NCBI GenBank assembly: GCA_963707955.1
Contig: OY970176.1
Location: 1,024,001 to 1,088,000 of the forward strand
Origin: Candidatus Bathyarchaeota archaeon
GTDB taxonomy: Archaea > Thermoproteota > Bathyarchaeia > Bathyarchaeales > Bathycorpusculaceae
DNA length: 64,000 bases
Reading direction: 5' to 3'
The stretch's first letter is position 1. The number at the start of each line of letters is the position of its first letter. Positions 33,056 to 48,200 of the stretch are shown piece by piece. Below the pieces are notes generated by a model, which was not told the DNA's origin, did no database searches, and saw nothing but the letters and a program-made list of their open reading frames with translations. The translations under genes were made by a program, and so were the position numbers.

Positions 33056-33253
33056 AATTGTATAAATACACGGTAGTTAATTGAAGACTATTGGGTTTAT
33101 TGCGCTAAAACGCGGTCAAGTGGTCTCGCTAGAGAGATCCGCGGAAGGGTATGTTGGACCGGCTTTGAAATGATTTTTGACCAATTTTGGAAAAGGCATG
33201 TGTGTTGGAGGAATTTGCTACATGCGCATTTGCGTAGGCAGCGTGTGCAACAT

Positions 33254-36200
33254 CTAGCTTGTGAGTTTCGGGATTGAAGGTGTCGAGCCGCTTATCCACG
33301 TCCAACCCGAGAATTCATTGGTTACCAAGTTCAATGAGCTTTGCCACATCGAATTGCCGTCCATTCCTATTACCACTACGTTTAGTGTAGTGCCCGTCAC
33401 TGTGGCCGCGGGCGCGTTAGGCGTGGATCCTGAGGCAAGCACGGTCCAACCTTGCCAGCCTGAGTCGTTATACATGTCCATATATATGCTGTTATCGTCG
33501 CCTCTGACAACCACATACAGTGTGTCTGATGTCGCAGAAACCGCCAATGTTGGTGTAGATGGGGTTGACCCCAGCAGTAATGTCCATCCCGAGAAGGCAT
33601 CGTCTGTGAGATTCAAGGTTGAATACCATAGAGTATTGTTCATGTAGGCATCAACCGTACTGAAACCTCTGACGACTATGTGCAGTGTATTTCCGAGCAT
33701 TGCCACGGCAGGCGTGTCGCATGTGGTTCCTCCCGGCAGAGCCACCCAATCATTCCAGGTCTGAGTTAAGGTGTCGTATATACGGTAGTATATGGCATTG
33801 TCAGAACCCCTGACCATCAAGGCTAAGGCAGTGCCGTTAGCAGTTAGCGTTGGTGGTGAGGGCGTCGAGCCACTTATCCACGTCCAACCCGAGAAGCTAC
33901 CATCGCTTTGGTTAATCCAGCTGAACCACAGGCTATAGCCGTCCATTCCACGGACAATGAAGTATTGCGCGCCTGAACATATAGTCGTGGCGGGACTGTC
34001 GCCAGTGGTGCCCGATGGAACCACATTCCAGCCACCCCAGACTGAAGAAGAGAAGTACCTGTAGTAAAGCAGATTGTTGTCTCCACGAACGACCAAGCTT
34101 GTATTTCCAAAGTCAGCTGTTATCGTCCCAGGCCCACCTATGGTGGCCGTTGTGGATGCGGTGATCGAGTTGACAAAGGCAATGGAACCTGTATCGCTTG
34201 ACCACTGCAAGAATACATAGCTAGGGTTGCCCGTCGCACTTATCGGAAGCGAACCTGCATCCTCCCAAACGTTAAAACCCGTGGGAATAGTTGAACCGCC
34301 TCCCGAGGGAGAAACGGCGAAAGAAACTTGGTATTGAGTCACGTAATTTCCTGTCACTATTGCCGCGGCCGTTACGGTTATCGGTGAAGCTGGCCCGATC
34401 ACACTGTCAAGTCTGAACTGCTCGCCAGAAACGCTGCTTGAGACCATACTCTCGTAGGCGTAGGTTGCTAAGTCGCTGCTATTAACCCAAAGGCTGTCCG
34501 GCAAGCCAGAATAGGTAATCGCCGAACCGTTCACGGTCACTACGGTGCCGGTCGCGGTGATGTCAAGGCCTGTCACCGTGAAAGTGACGTAGTACTCCGT
34601 AACGTAATTGCCGGTTACGCTTCCGCTGCCAAGTATGGTTATGGAGCCATTTTGAATGCCTGACAGGCCGCCAGTAGACGTCCATGCGTACCGTTCAACG
34701 TCAGCCGTGACGACTAGAGAAGAAGCATAGGTGAAATTGTAAACGTCGCCCGAGTTAGCCCAGAACGAAGTGCCAAGCCGATCATAGCCAGTCCCGTTAA
34801 CTGTTACAACAGTTCCACTGAAGTCAGAGCCAACACCAGACTGAGCAAAAGTCACGTAATACTGAGTCTCGTAGGTCCCAGTAACCGTTTCAGCGCCTGA
34901 AACAGTGAACGGCGAAGACTCGTTTGCGCCTACGAAGATGTACTGCTTAACGTTTGCGGTGACGAGCAACGGAGAGCTGAAGCCGAAATTGTAAACGTCG
35001 CCCGAGTTAGCCCAGAACGAAGTTCCACTCCTGTCGTAACCTGTCCCGTTGATAGTCATTAGATTAGCAGAGTAATCTGAGCTGACACCAGACTGGTTGA
35101 AGACGATCCAGAACTGCTCCTGCCAACCGAAGATTATGGTGTGATTAACCACCACAGTCGAGAAGACGTAGCTGGTTCCAGGAGTAGATGATCCTCCATC
35201 AACGCTGTAGCCAGTGCAGACCCATTGACTAATGTCAGGCACAGTTTCAGTCGGACTAGTAACATTAGCAGAGAAGTCAGTGCCGTTGTCAACCCAAGCC
35301 GAAGGAGTAGGCGTGTCTTGAGCGCTGGTAACAGCGATGTACCACTGAGTCTTGTAGGTGCCAGTGATCGTGGCTGAACCGTTCACAGTGTAGAAAGAAG
35401 AGGAAGCATTCACCATGACAAACACGTACTGCTTCACGTTTGCGGCTACTAACAGAGGTGTCTGGTACACAAAGATGTGAAGAGATGCGTTGTCCCACCA
35501 GAACGACGCCGGAAGACTGGTAAAATCATAGTCTGAACTGTCTATAGTTACCACAGTGCCGGTGAAGTCAGAGCCAACACCAGACTCATTAATCGTAACG
35601 TTAAACTGGGTCACGTAATTAGCGGTCACCGTTTTACCACTGTCCATCATAACAGTTGTCGAAAGCGAGCTCGGACTCGTTATCTCGCTCATGTTGCCCG
35701 TCGTCCAGCTCGTGAAGTTGTACCTTGAAGAACCGGTTTCGTTCGCAAACTGACTTGTCGAAATAGAAGCAAAAGTGCTTGCATTGTACCAGCCTTGCCC
35801 ACTCGGAGAATCAACATTGGAAGGACTCGTTACGACGGTCAAGTAATACTGGGTGTAGTACCTGCCAGTAACGGTCTCAGCACCTGAAACAGTGAACGGC
35901 GATGACTCGTTGACACCTGTGAAGACGTATTGTTTGATGTCTACGGTGACGACCAGTGGAGAGTTGAAGGTGAAATCATATACGTCGCTTGAATTAGCCC
36001 AGAACGATATGCCAAACCGGTCATGATCAGTTCCGTTAACCGACACAACAGTTCCACCGAAGTCAGAGCCAACACCACTCTGAGCAAAAGTCACGAAATA
36101 CTGAGTCTTGTAAGACCCAGTAACCGTCACAGCCCCAGCAACAGTCAAAGTTGTGTCAGTAGAGTTGCCTGACACCCCCGTCAGAACATACTGCTTAACA

Positions 36201-39200
36201 TCCGCAGACACAAGCAGCGGAGAAGCATAGTTGAAAGTACTAACGTTTCCAGAGTCAGCCCAGAAGGAAACACCTCCAGAACCATAATCAACACCGTTAA
36301 CCGTCATCACCGTTCCAGAAAAGTCAACGCCAACACCGCTCTGAGCAAAAGTCACGTAATACTGAGTCTCGTAGGTCCCAGTAACCGTCTGAGCAGCCGA
36401 AACAGTCAACGCGGAAGAAGCATTAACATCCGTAACAACGTATCGCTTCTCGTCTGCAGTGACGACCAACGGAGAGTAATAGAAGAAGGTTATGTTAGCT
36501 CCATTATCATACCAGTTTGAATAGCCGCTCCTGTTATAGTCAGTTCCGCCAACATTCATGACAGAACCAGAGAAGTCAGTGCCAACACCACTCTGAGCAA
36601 AGGTGACGTAATACTGAGTCTTGTAGTTGCCCGTTATGCTTCCGAAAGTCGTCACTGTTATCGTGCCGCTTTGTGAAGATGATAGACCAGTAGTGCCCGT
36701 CCAAACGTACTGCTCAGAATTCGCACCAACTACTAGCGGTGATTGATAGGCAAACGTGTGATTGGAACCGATGTTCCATGTGAAGCTCACAGGCAATTGA
36801 GTAACGTTGTAAGAGTTGCCGTCTACTATGAGCACCGTGCCGTTGAAGTCTGAGCTTACTCCAACCTGATCGAACGTGATGCTGTTCTGAACTATGTAGC
36901 TTCCCACCACACTTCCTGAAGCTGTGACTGGCAGTGTTCCACTTTGGAGGCTCGACAACCCGGAGGTGGAGCTCCAAGAATAAGTTTTGTTGGCATTCAC
37001 GACCAATGGCGAGGCAAAAGAGAAGCTGTGACCGGAACCATTGTCCCACCAGAAAGAAACAGGCAAACCAGCCACACCATAGTCCACGCTGTCAACCGTC
37101 ACCACCGTGCCAGTGAAATCAGAGCCAACACCAGACTTATTGAAAGTCACGTAGAACTGTTCCTTCCAGTCAAACTCAATCGTGTGAGCAGAAGCCACAC
37201 TCGTAAAGTTGTAGCTCGTTCCAGCAGTCAAAGAACCATTGTCAACAATGTAACCAGTGCAAACCCACTGAGTAACATTAACAACGATGTCAGCCGGACT
37301 CGTAACAGAAGCCGTGAAGTTACCGCCAGAATCAACCCAGCCCGAAGAAGTGGGGGAATCATGAGCGCTGTCAACTTCTATCCAGAACTGCTCACTCCAG
37401 CCGAAGAGTATGGTGTGATTCGCCTGCACGCTGGTGAACGTATACCCTGTACCAGGAGCAGATGCTCCACCGTCGATGCTGTAGCCAGTGCAAACCCACC
37501 GATGATCGCCAGCAACAACGTCAGCAGGGCTCGAAACAGAAGCAGCAAAACTACTGCCATTGTCAACCCAGCCCGAAGCGGTAGGCGTGTCATGAGCGCT
37601 TGTAACGGTGATGTACCACTGCTCGGTCCAAGAGAAAACTATCGTGTGAGAAGCATTCACATTGGCATAGCTCACCGTGTTATTGAGAGTCTGAGGTACA
37701 GTATCAACCGTCAGGGCAGTAAGGTTCCATTGATGCTCAAAAACAACAACCACGTCCGGATTAATCACTGAAACACTGAAAGCAGCACTATCATTAACCC
37801 ACTGAGAAGCCTCAGTAGGACTACCATGAGCGCTAGTAATAGAAATGTACCATTGAGTCACATAGGTGCCAGTCACTGTGGCTGAGCCAGACACGGTGTA
37901 AGACGAGGAAGCATTGGCAATAACAAGCAGGTACTGCTTCACGTTTGCAGTCACGACCAGAGGCGACTGATAAACAAAAGTGTGAGACGAGCCAGCATCC
38001 CACCAGAACACAGCAGAGGAAATGTTGCCAAGGCCATAGTTCACCCCGTCAACAGTGAGAAGAGTACTAGTGAAATCAACGTTAGCGCCTGTCTGACCGA
38101 AGGTGATTTGGTACTGAGTCACATAGTTTCCAGTTACCGTCACTGGGCTTGTCACGTTTATCGGTGAAGTTGGCCCGGTTACGTTGTCAAGCCTGAACTG
38201 CTCGCGAGAAGCAGTGCTCGAAACGTTGGCATAAATGAAGACAAGAGAGTCACTGCTGTTAACCCACAGGCTGTAAGGCAAGCCTGAATAGATTATCGCC
38301 GAACCGTTCACAGTTACAACAGTCCCACTTGCGGTCCCGTCAAGGCCAGACTGAGCAAAAGTCACGAAATACTGAGTCTGATAGGTTCCAACAATCAAGC
38401 TGGGCGAAGTAATCACAGTCCTATTATCACTGACAAAGTTGCACCTCGTCCCACCGACAGTGACCTGCGATGGAAACACGCCAACAGCCGACCCGCTAGA
38501 ATTAACCCATTCGTCAGAGGGAACAGTCACTGGAAGAACATTACCAGTCGCCGAATAAGTCACCAAATACTGAGTCGTCCAGGTCGCAGTAGCCGTCTTA
38601 GGACCATTCATCGTTATGGCGTTGCTCTGAGCGTAATTAGTTCCAGAAGCATCCGCACCCCAACTAGTGAAGACGTACTGAGTACCAACACTGCCCGGAA
38701 CGGTTCCATCAGTTAGAGTCGCGTAAGCCGTAGAACCATTGTCATACCAGCCAGCACCACCAGCAGTATCATACGCAGAAGTGACAGTCAAATAGAACTG
38801 CTCTTTCCAGTCAAACTCTATCGAGTGAGCAGAAGCTACACTCGTGAAGTTGTAGCTCGTTCCAACAGTCAATGAACCATTGTCAAGTTTGTAGCCAGTG
38901 CAGACCCACTGATGATCACCTGAAACAACCTCAGTCGGACTCGTAACAGAAGTATTGAAACTACCGCTAGAATCAACCCACGCTGAAGCAGTAGGCGAAT
39001 CATGAGCGCTAGTGACAGCTATCCAGAACTGCTCACTCCAGCCGAAGAGTATGGTGTGATTCGCCTGCACGCTGGTGAACGTGTAGCCTGTACCAGGAGT
39101 AGACGCTCCACCGTCGATGCTGTAGCCAGTGCAGACCCACTGATGGTCGCCAGCCACAACGTCAGCCGGGCTCGAAACAGAAGCAGCAAAGCCACTGCCA

Positions 39201-42200
39201 TTGTCAACCCAGCCCGAAGCAGTCGGCGTGTCATGAGCGCTAGTGACAGTGATGTACCACTGCTCGGTCCAAGAGAAGACTATCGTGTGAGAAGCATGCA
39301 CACTGGCATAGCTCACCGTGTTACTGAGAGTCTGCGGCACACTATCAACAGCCAGGCCTGTGAGGTTCCACTGATGCGCACCAGGCGAAACAACGTCCGG
39401 ATTGGTCACCGAAACAGAGAAAGCAGCACCATCATCAACCCACTGCGACGATTCTGAGGGATTGCCATGAGCACTCGTAACAGAAACATACCATTGCTCA
39501 GTCCAGTCAAACTCAACCGTGTGATTAATCGCTACACCGACAAAAGACACAGAGTTCGCCAAAGCCTGAGGCACACCATCAACTTTCAGGCCAGTGAGGT
39601 TCCATTGATGCTCAAAAGCAACAACCACGTCTGGATTAGTCACTGAAACAGTGAAGTTGCTACCAGCATCAACCCAACCTGAGGAAGCCGTAGGACTACC
39701 ATGAGCACTGGTAACCGTAATGTACCACTGAGTCTTGAAGGTGCCAGTAACAGTTTCGGAAGTTGAAACAGTCAAGGGTGAAGTCTCGTTCATGCTCACA
39801 AAGACGTACCTCTCGCTAGAGTTCACGACCAAAGGCGAATAGAAGCTGAAGGTTACGCTGGACTGGTTATCATACCAGCCTGAATGACCAACTCTAGTAT
39901 AGTTCACGCCGCCAACATTCATGACATCGCCAGAAAAGTCACTGCCAACACCAGACTGAGCAAAAGTCACGTAATACTGAGTCTTGTAGGTTGCGGTTAT
40001 GCTTCCGAAAGTCGTCACATTTATCGAGCCGCCTTCCAGAGACGACAGACCAGTAGTGCCCGTCCAAACGTACTGCTCAGAATTCACACCAACTGCCAGC
40101 GGTGATTGATAAGCAAAGGTGTGGACGGAATAAATGCTCCATGAGAAGCTTACGGGCAAGTCAGTAACATTGTAAGATGTGCCGTCCACGATGAGCACCG
40201 TGCCGTTGAAGTCTGAGCTCGCTCCAAGCTGATCAAACGTGACCTGATTCTGAACTATGTAGTTTCCAACGACGCTTCCTGAAGCTGTGACCGTCAGCGA
40301 TCCGCTTTGGAAGCTTGACAACCCGGAGGTGGAGCTCCAAGAATACTGTTTGTTGACATCCACCACCAATGGCGAGGCAAAAGAGAAGCTGTGACCGGAA
40401 CCATTGTCCCACCAGAAAGAAACAGGCAAACCAGCCACACCATAGTCCACGCTGTCAACCGTCACCACCGTGCCAGTGAAGTCAGAGCCAACACCAGACT
40501 TATTGAAAGTCACATACCACTGCTCAGTCCAGTCAAACTCAATCGTATGAGCAGCATGCACACTGGCATAGCTCACCGTGTTATTGAGAGTCTGCGGTAC
40601 AGTATCGACCGTCAGGCCAGTAAGGTTCCACTGCTGAGCGCTAGGAACAACGACGTCCGGATTAGTCACTGAAACACTGAAAGCAGCACCATCATTAACC
40701 CATTGAGAAGCCTCAGTCGGACTACCATGAGCACTAGTAACAGAAATGTACCACTGCTGAGTCCAGTCAAACTCAATCGTACGATTAGTCGTGACACTGC
40801 CAAAAAACACAGAGTTCGCCAAAGCCTGAGGCACACCACCCACAATCAACCCAGTCAAGTTCCATTGATTAGCGCTAGGAACGACCACGTCCGGATTAGT
40901 TACCGATACATTGAAGCTGCTACCATCATCAACCCACTGAGAAGCCTCAGTAGGGCTACCGTGAGCACTGGTAACAGTGACGTACCACTGAGTCTTATAG
41001 GTGCCTGTCACCGTTTCAGCCATCGAAACGGTCAAAGACGAAGTCGCATTCTGGCTTACGTAGACGTATCTCTTTCCAGAGTTCACGTTCAAGGGCGACA
41101 GATAGGCAAAGGTAATGCTTGATCCATTGTCATACCAGTCTGAATTGCCGTTTCTGTCGTAGCCAGTTGCTCCAACCGTCATAACGTTGCCAGAGAAGTC
41201 AGAGCCAACACCAGACACGGCGAAAGTAATGTAGTACTGGGTCAAGTAGTTTCCCATTACCGTCACTGGACCCGTCACCGTCAATGGTGAACTAGCGTTC
41301 ACGCTGTCAACTATGAAACGCATGCCAGAAACAGTGCTTGAAACGTTGGCGTAACCGAAGATGAGAGAGTCACTGCTGTTAACCCACAGGCTGTAAGGCA
41401 AGCTCGAGTGAGTTATCGCCGAACCGTTCACAGTTACAACGGTCCCAGTTGCAGTCCCATCAAGGCCAGACTGAGCAAAGGTGACGTTGTACTGGGTCGC
41501 GTAGTGGCCGATTATGCTTCCGCTAGACGACACAGATATGAAGCCACTTTGAACGCCGGACAAGCCGCCGGTGTATATCCAAGCGTACTGTTTAACGTTC
41601 AATGTCACGTTTAGGGGAGAAGCATAGCTGAAGTTGTAAACGTCGCCCGAGTCAGCCCAGAAGCTGGTTCCATTCCTATCATGATCCGTCCCGTTAACAG
41701 TCATCACCGTCCCAGTGAAGTCGCTCCCAACGCCCGACTGAGCGAAGGTGATGTACCACTGAGTCTTGAAGGTGCCAGTAACCGTAGCTGAACCAGACAC
41801 AGTATAAGGTGAAGACGCATTAGCACTGACGAAGACGTATTGTTTCTGGTTCGCAGAGACAAGTAGCGGGGTCGAATAGTTGAAGTTGTAAACGTCTCCA
41901 GCATAGGCCCAAAACGCTACGCCATTCCTGTCATAACCAGTTCCGTTGACGGTCATAACGGTACCGTTGAAGTCGCTGTTAACACCTGATTGAATGAAGG
42001 TCACGTTATACTGGGTCAAGTAGTTCGCTGTCACGGTCTTGGCTTCATCCATCAGAACCGTCGTAGACAGCGAGCTTGGGCTAGCTATCTCGGTCATGTT
42101 GCCCGTCGTCCAGCCCGTGAAGTTGTACCTTGAAGAACTGGTTTCGTTCGCAAGCTGACTTGTCGAAATAGAAGCAAAAGTGCTAGCATTGTACCAGCCC

Positions 42201-45200
42201 TGCCCACTCGGAGAATCAACATTGGAAGGACTCGTTACGACGGTCAAGTAGTACTGGGTGTTGTAGCTGCCAGTAACAGTCTCAGCACGTGAAACAGTGG
42301 GGGGCGAAGTCTCGTTAACGGTCAGCAACACGTACCTCTCACCAGAATTCACGTTCAAAGGCGAGTAATAGCTGAAGGGTAGGCTCGCACCAGAATCATA
42401 CCAGCCAGAGAGACCACTTCTGCCGTAATCAGTTCCGTTAACGTTCATGACAGAACCAGAAAAGTCAGAGCCAACACCACTCTCAGCAAAGACAATCCAA
42501 TACTGAGTCTTGTAAGTCCCAGTAACCGTCTGAGCAGCCGAAACAGTCAACGGGGAAGAAGCATTAACATCCGTAACAACGTACTGCTTCTCGTCTGCAG
42601 TGACGACCTCCGGAGAGTAGAAGAAAAAGGTTATGTTCGCTGCGGAATCATACCAACCTGAATGACCGCTCCGGCCATAATCAGTCAAGTCAACATTCAT
42701 GACAGAACCAAGGAAGTCAACGCCAACACCAGACTGAGCAAAGGTGACATAGTACTGAGTCTTGTAGGTGCCGGTTATGCTTCCGAAAGTCGTCACATTT
42801 ATCGAGTCGCCTTGCAGGGACGATAGACCAGTAGTGCCTGTCCAAACGTACTGCTTAGAATTCGCACCAACTACCAGCGGTGATTGATAGGCAAACGTGT
42901 GAACAGAATTAATGCTCCATAAGAAGCTAACGGGCAGGTCAGTAACGTTGTACGGAGTGCCATCAACAAGTAATACTGTGCCAGTGAAGTCCGAGGTCAG
43001 TCCAAACTGGTTAAATGTTATGGCGTTCTGCAAGCCATAGTTTCCAACCACACTGCCCGAAGCAGTTATCGTTATTGAATCGCTCTGAAGAGTCGAAAGA
43101 CCAGAAGTTGAGCCCCAAACGTACTGGTTAGTCGCATTCACAACAAGCGGAGAGTAATAGTTGAAGGACACGATGGTCCCACTGTCAAACCAGTTTGAAT
43201 AACCGCTACGAGTGTAGTTCACACTGCTGACATTCATAACCGCGCCGACAAAATCAACGCCAACACCACTCTGAGCAAAAGTCACGTAATATTGTTCTAT
43301 GTAGTTAGCCGTGGCCGTCTTAGCGGAGTCCATTGTTACGGTAGCGTCTGCGAATGTTCCAGAAGCACCAGCCCAAGAATTGAACCTGTACCGTGAACTT
43401 CCAGGAACAACATCAACATACTGGTCAGTGCTGACATGAGCAGTAACACCCGTATCATACCAGCCCGCACCAGTCGGACTGTTAACGCTAGAAGGATTCG
43501 TGTCCACAGTCAAATACCACTGCTCAGTCCAAGAGAAAACAATCGTGTGAGAAGCATTCACACTGGCAAAGCCCACTGTGTTATTGAGAGTCTGCGGTAC
43601 ACTATCAACCGTCAGGGCAGTGAGGTTCCATTGATGCTCAAAAGCAACAACCACGTCCGGATTAGTCACTGAAACAGTAAAGTTGCTACCAGCCGCAACC
43701 CACGTAGAAACCTCAGTCGGACTACCATGACCATTCGCGTTAACAGTGATGTAGAAGTTCTCAGTCCAGTCAAACTCAATCGTGTGATTAGCCGTGACAC
43801 TGCCAAAAGACACAGAGTTCGCTAAAGTCTGAGGCGTACCATCAACTATCAGGCCAGTAAGGTTCCACTGATGAGCGCTAGGAACAACCACGTCCGGGTT
43901 AATCACTGAAACATTGAAGCTGCTACCATCATCAACCCACTGAGACGACTCAGTCGGACTACCATGAAGACTCGTAACAGAAATGTACCATTGAGTCTTG
44001 TAAGTGCCAGTAACAGTCTCAGCACTTGAAACAGTCAAGGGCGAAGTCTCATTCATGCTTACAAAGACGTATCTCTCGCTAGAGTTCACGACCAATGGCG
44101 AGTAGAAGCTGAAGGTTACGCTCGACTGGTTATCATACCAGCCCGAATTACCAGCCCTAGAATAGTTCACGCTGTCAACCAACATGACGTCGCCAGAAAA
44201 GTCAGAGCCAACACCAGACTGGCTGAAAATCACGTAATACTGAGTCTTGTAAGTGCCAGTAACAGTCTCAGCCATCGAAGCGGTCAAAGGCGAAGTCGCA
44301 TTCTGGCTTATGTAGACGTACCTCTTTCCAGAGTTCACGTCCAAGGGCGACAGATAGGCGAAGGTAATGCTTGATCCATTGTCATACCAGTCTGCATGAC
44401 CGCTTCTGTCATAGCCAGTTGCTCCAACCGTCATAACGTTGCCAGAGAAGTCAGAGTCAACACCAGACACGTTGAAACTAATGTAATACTGGGTCAAGTA
44501 GTTTCCCATTACCATCAATGGACCTGCCACCGTCAACGGTGAAGTTGCGTTCACGCTGTCAACTATGAACCGCGTGCCAGAAACAGTGCTTGAAACGTTG
44601 GCGTAGTTGAAGACGAGAGAGTCACTGCTGTTCACCCACAGGCTGTGAGGCAAGCTCGAATAGGTTATCGCTGAACCGTTCACGGTTACAACCGTCCCAG
44701 CCGCGGTTCCGTCAAGGCCGGACTCGGCGAAAGTCACGTAATACTGAACCGTGTAGGCGCCAGTGACAGTCTGAGCGCCCGTCACCGTTAAGGGTGATGA
44801 AGCATTCACGCCTGCAAGGATGAACTGCTTGTTAGCCGTGCTGCTTGCTACGATGCTCTCATAGTTGAACGCTAGCACGTCACTGTCGTTGACCCAAACA
44901 CTATACGGCAGACTACCAAAGGGGAGTGTTGTACCGTTAACCGTGACAACGGTTCCAGTCGCAGAACCGTCAAGGCCACTCTGGGCAAAAGACATGTACC
45001 ATTGAGTCTTGTAGCTGCCAGTAACCGTGGTGGCCGCTGAAACAGTCAAGGGCGAAGAAACATTGACACTCGTCAGAGCATACTGCTTACCAGCGTTGAC
45101 ACTCAGAGGATTTGAATAGGCAAAGTTGTACAAGTCGCCAGAGTCAGCCCAGAACGAAGTGCCATTCCTATCATGGCTGGTTCCATTGACAGCCATAACA

Positions 45201-48200
45201 TTCCCAGAGAAGTCTGTTCCGACACCAGACTGGGCGAAAGTGACGAAGTACTGAGTCTTGTACGTGCTGGTCACTGTGGCTGAACTAGACACTGTGTAGG
45301 GCGAAGAAGCATTCACGCTGACAAGCATGTACTGCTTCACGTTTGCACTCACGACGAGAGGCGACTGATAAACAAAAGTGTGAGACGAGCCAGCATCCCA
45401 CCAGAACACAGCAGAGGAAACGTTGCCAAGGTCATAGTTCACCCCCTCAACAGTGAGAAGAGTACCAGTAAAATCACCGTTGGCGCCCTTCTGACCGAAG
45501 GTGACCTGATACTGAGTCACGTAGTTTCCAGTTACCGTCACTGGACTTGTCACGTTTATGGGTGAAGTTGGCCCGGTTACGTTGTCAAGTCTGAACTGCT
45601 TGCCAGAAACGTTGCTTGATACGGTCGCTCCGTAGCTGTAGGCCACCGAGTCGCTGCTGTTAACCCACATCGAGAACGGCAAGCTACCATAGGCCTCAGT
45701 TGAACCATTAACGGTTACGATGGTTCCGGTGGCCGTTCCATCTAGGCCAGTCTCTCCGAAGGTGACGTTATACTGGGTCACGTAGTTCGCTGTTACCGTC
45801 TTGGCTTCATCCATCAGAACCGTCGTAGACAACGAGCTTGGATCAGCAATCTCGATCATGTTGCTCGTTGTCCACCCGCTGAAGCTGTAACGCGAAGAAC
45901 CAGACAATATATCAACGTATTGATCTGTTGATATTGAAGCCAAAGAACTCGCGTTATACCAACCCTGTCCAGTCGGACTGTTCACGCCAGACGGAGACGT
46001 ATCAACTGTCAGATACCACTGCTCAGTCCAGTCAAACTCAATCGTATGATTAGTCACAACACTGCCAAAAGACACAGAGCCCCCAACAGGCAGAACGACA
46101 CCATCAACAGTCAAACCAGTCAAGTTCCACTGCTGAGCGCCAAGAACAACCACGTCCGGATTAGTCACTGAAACAATGAAGCTACTGCTAGCATTAACCC
46201 ACTGAGAAGACTCAGTAGGACTACCATGAAGACTAGTAACAGAAATGTACCACTGCTCAGTCCAGTCAAACTCAACAGAATGAGCACTGGCTACACCAGT
46301 AAAGCTTACAGAGTTATTCAACGTCGCAGGCAAACCGTCAATCACGAGGCCAGTCAGGTTCCATTGATGAGTCGAATCAACCACCTCTGGAGCCGTCACT
46401 GAAACAGTAAAGTTGCTGCCAGCATCAACCCAACCTGAAGAAGCCGTGGGACCACCATGAGCACTCGTAACAGTGACGTACCACTGAATCTTGTAGCTGC
46501 CAGTAACAGTCTCAGCACCCGAAACAGTCAACGGTGAGGTCTCATTGGCACCTGTCAAAGCGTACTGCTTGACGTTCGCAGCGACAATCAGAGGAGAGTC
46601 AAAGTTGAAGGGTATGCTCGCTCCACTATCATACCAGTCTGAATAACCAGCACGGTCATAGCCAGTTCCATTAACCACCATAACGTTTCCGCTGAAGTCT
46701 GAGCCAACACCTGTCTGAGCAAAAGACACGTAATACTGAATCTTGTAGGTGCCCATAATTGTCACAGAGCCTGTGACCGTCAGCGGTGAAGTCGCGTTCA
46801 CACTGTCAACTATGAACCTTACGCCAGAAACAGTGCTTGAAACGTTGGCATAACCGAAGACGAGAGAGCCACTGCTGTTAACCCACAGGCTGTAAGGCAA
46901 GCTCGAGTGAGTTATCGCCGAACCGTTAACAGTCACAACGGTCCCACTTGCTGTCCCGTCAAGGCCAGACTCAGCAAAGGTAACGTACCATTGAGTCTTG
47001 TAGGTGCCCATAATCGTCTGAGCGTCAGTCACCGTTAGGGGCGAGGAAGCACTCAGGCCAGAAAGCATGAACTGTTTGTTAACCGCGTTGCTTCCAACTA
47101 TGCTCTCGTAGTTGAACACCAGCACGTCGCTGTCGTTGACCCACAGGCTATACGGCAGATCCAAAGCCCCTTTTGCGGTAGAGTTCACCGTCACGACGGT
47201 TCCGGTCGCAGAACCGTCGAGGCCGCTCTGGGTGAATGTCATGTACCATTGGGTCTTGTAGACGCCAGTTGTCGTTTCACTGGCTGAAACAGTGAACGGT
47301 GAAGTTGCATTAGCTTCTGTTAAGACGTACTGTTTAACGTTCACAGTGACAACTAGGGGAGAGCTGAAGCTAAAGTTGTAGATGTCACCAGAATCAGCCC
47401 AGAAACTAATTCCAGTCCTGTCATACCCTGTGCCGTTAACTGTCACCACAGTCCCAGAAAAGTCAACGTCTACACCCGATTGAGCGAAAGTGACATAGTA
47501 TTGAGTCTTGTAGCTGCCAGTAACAGTCTCAGCACCTGAAACAGTCAACGGTGAAGACTCATTAGCAGTTAGAAACACGTACTGCTTCCCAGAATCCACT
47601 GACAACGGAGAAGCATAACTGAAAACATAATTGTCTCCACTGTCAGTCCAAAAGGAAATGCCGCTCCTACCATAACCCGTCCCGTTGACTGTTACAACGG
47701 TACCAGAGAAGTCAGTGCCAACACTGGACTGAGCAAGAGTCACGTAGTACTGAGTCTTGTAAGTGGCTGAAGATGTCCCTGACGCCAGTATAGGCGAACT
47801 GAGACCAGAAACTCCAGTCAGAACAAACTGCTTACCTGCACCGCCTGAGACTGTAGCTGTCCAAGAGAATGAGGTCCCATTGTCAACCCAAATGTTGCTG
47901 ATATTGAAGTCAGTGAAGACATAGTTAGTTGCTCCAACACTAAGAACCGTGTTAGAACCAGCATCACTGTCCAACCCAGACTCAGTGAAAGACACCAAGT
48001 ACTGAGTACCATAAGTGGCTGCGTCAGTCCCTGGAGCCGTTATAGGTGAAACAAGACCTGCATTGTCTCCAATGAAATTGAACCGCTCACCTGTAACCCC
48101 TGCGACAGTAGAGGCCCAGCTGAATGTGGTTCCATTATCAACCCAAACGCCAGTGGGCAAAGCATCATAAGCATAGTCTGATCCTCCCAACGTAAGAACA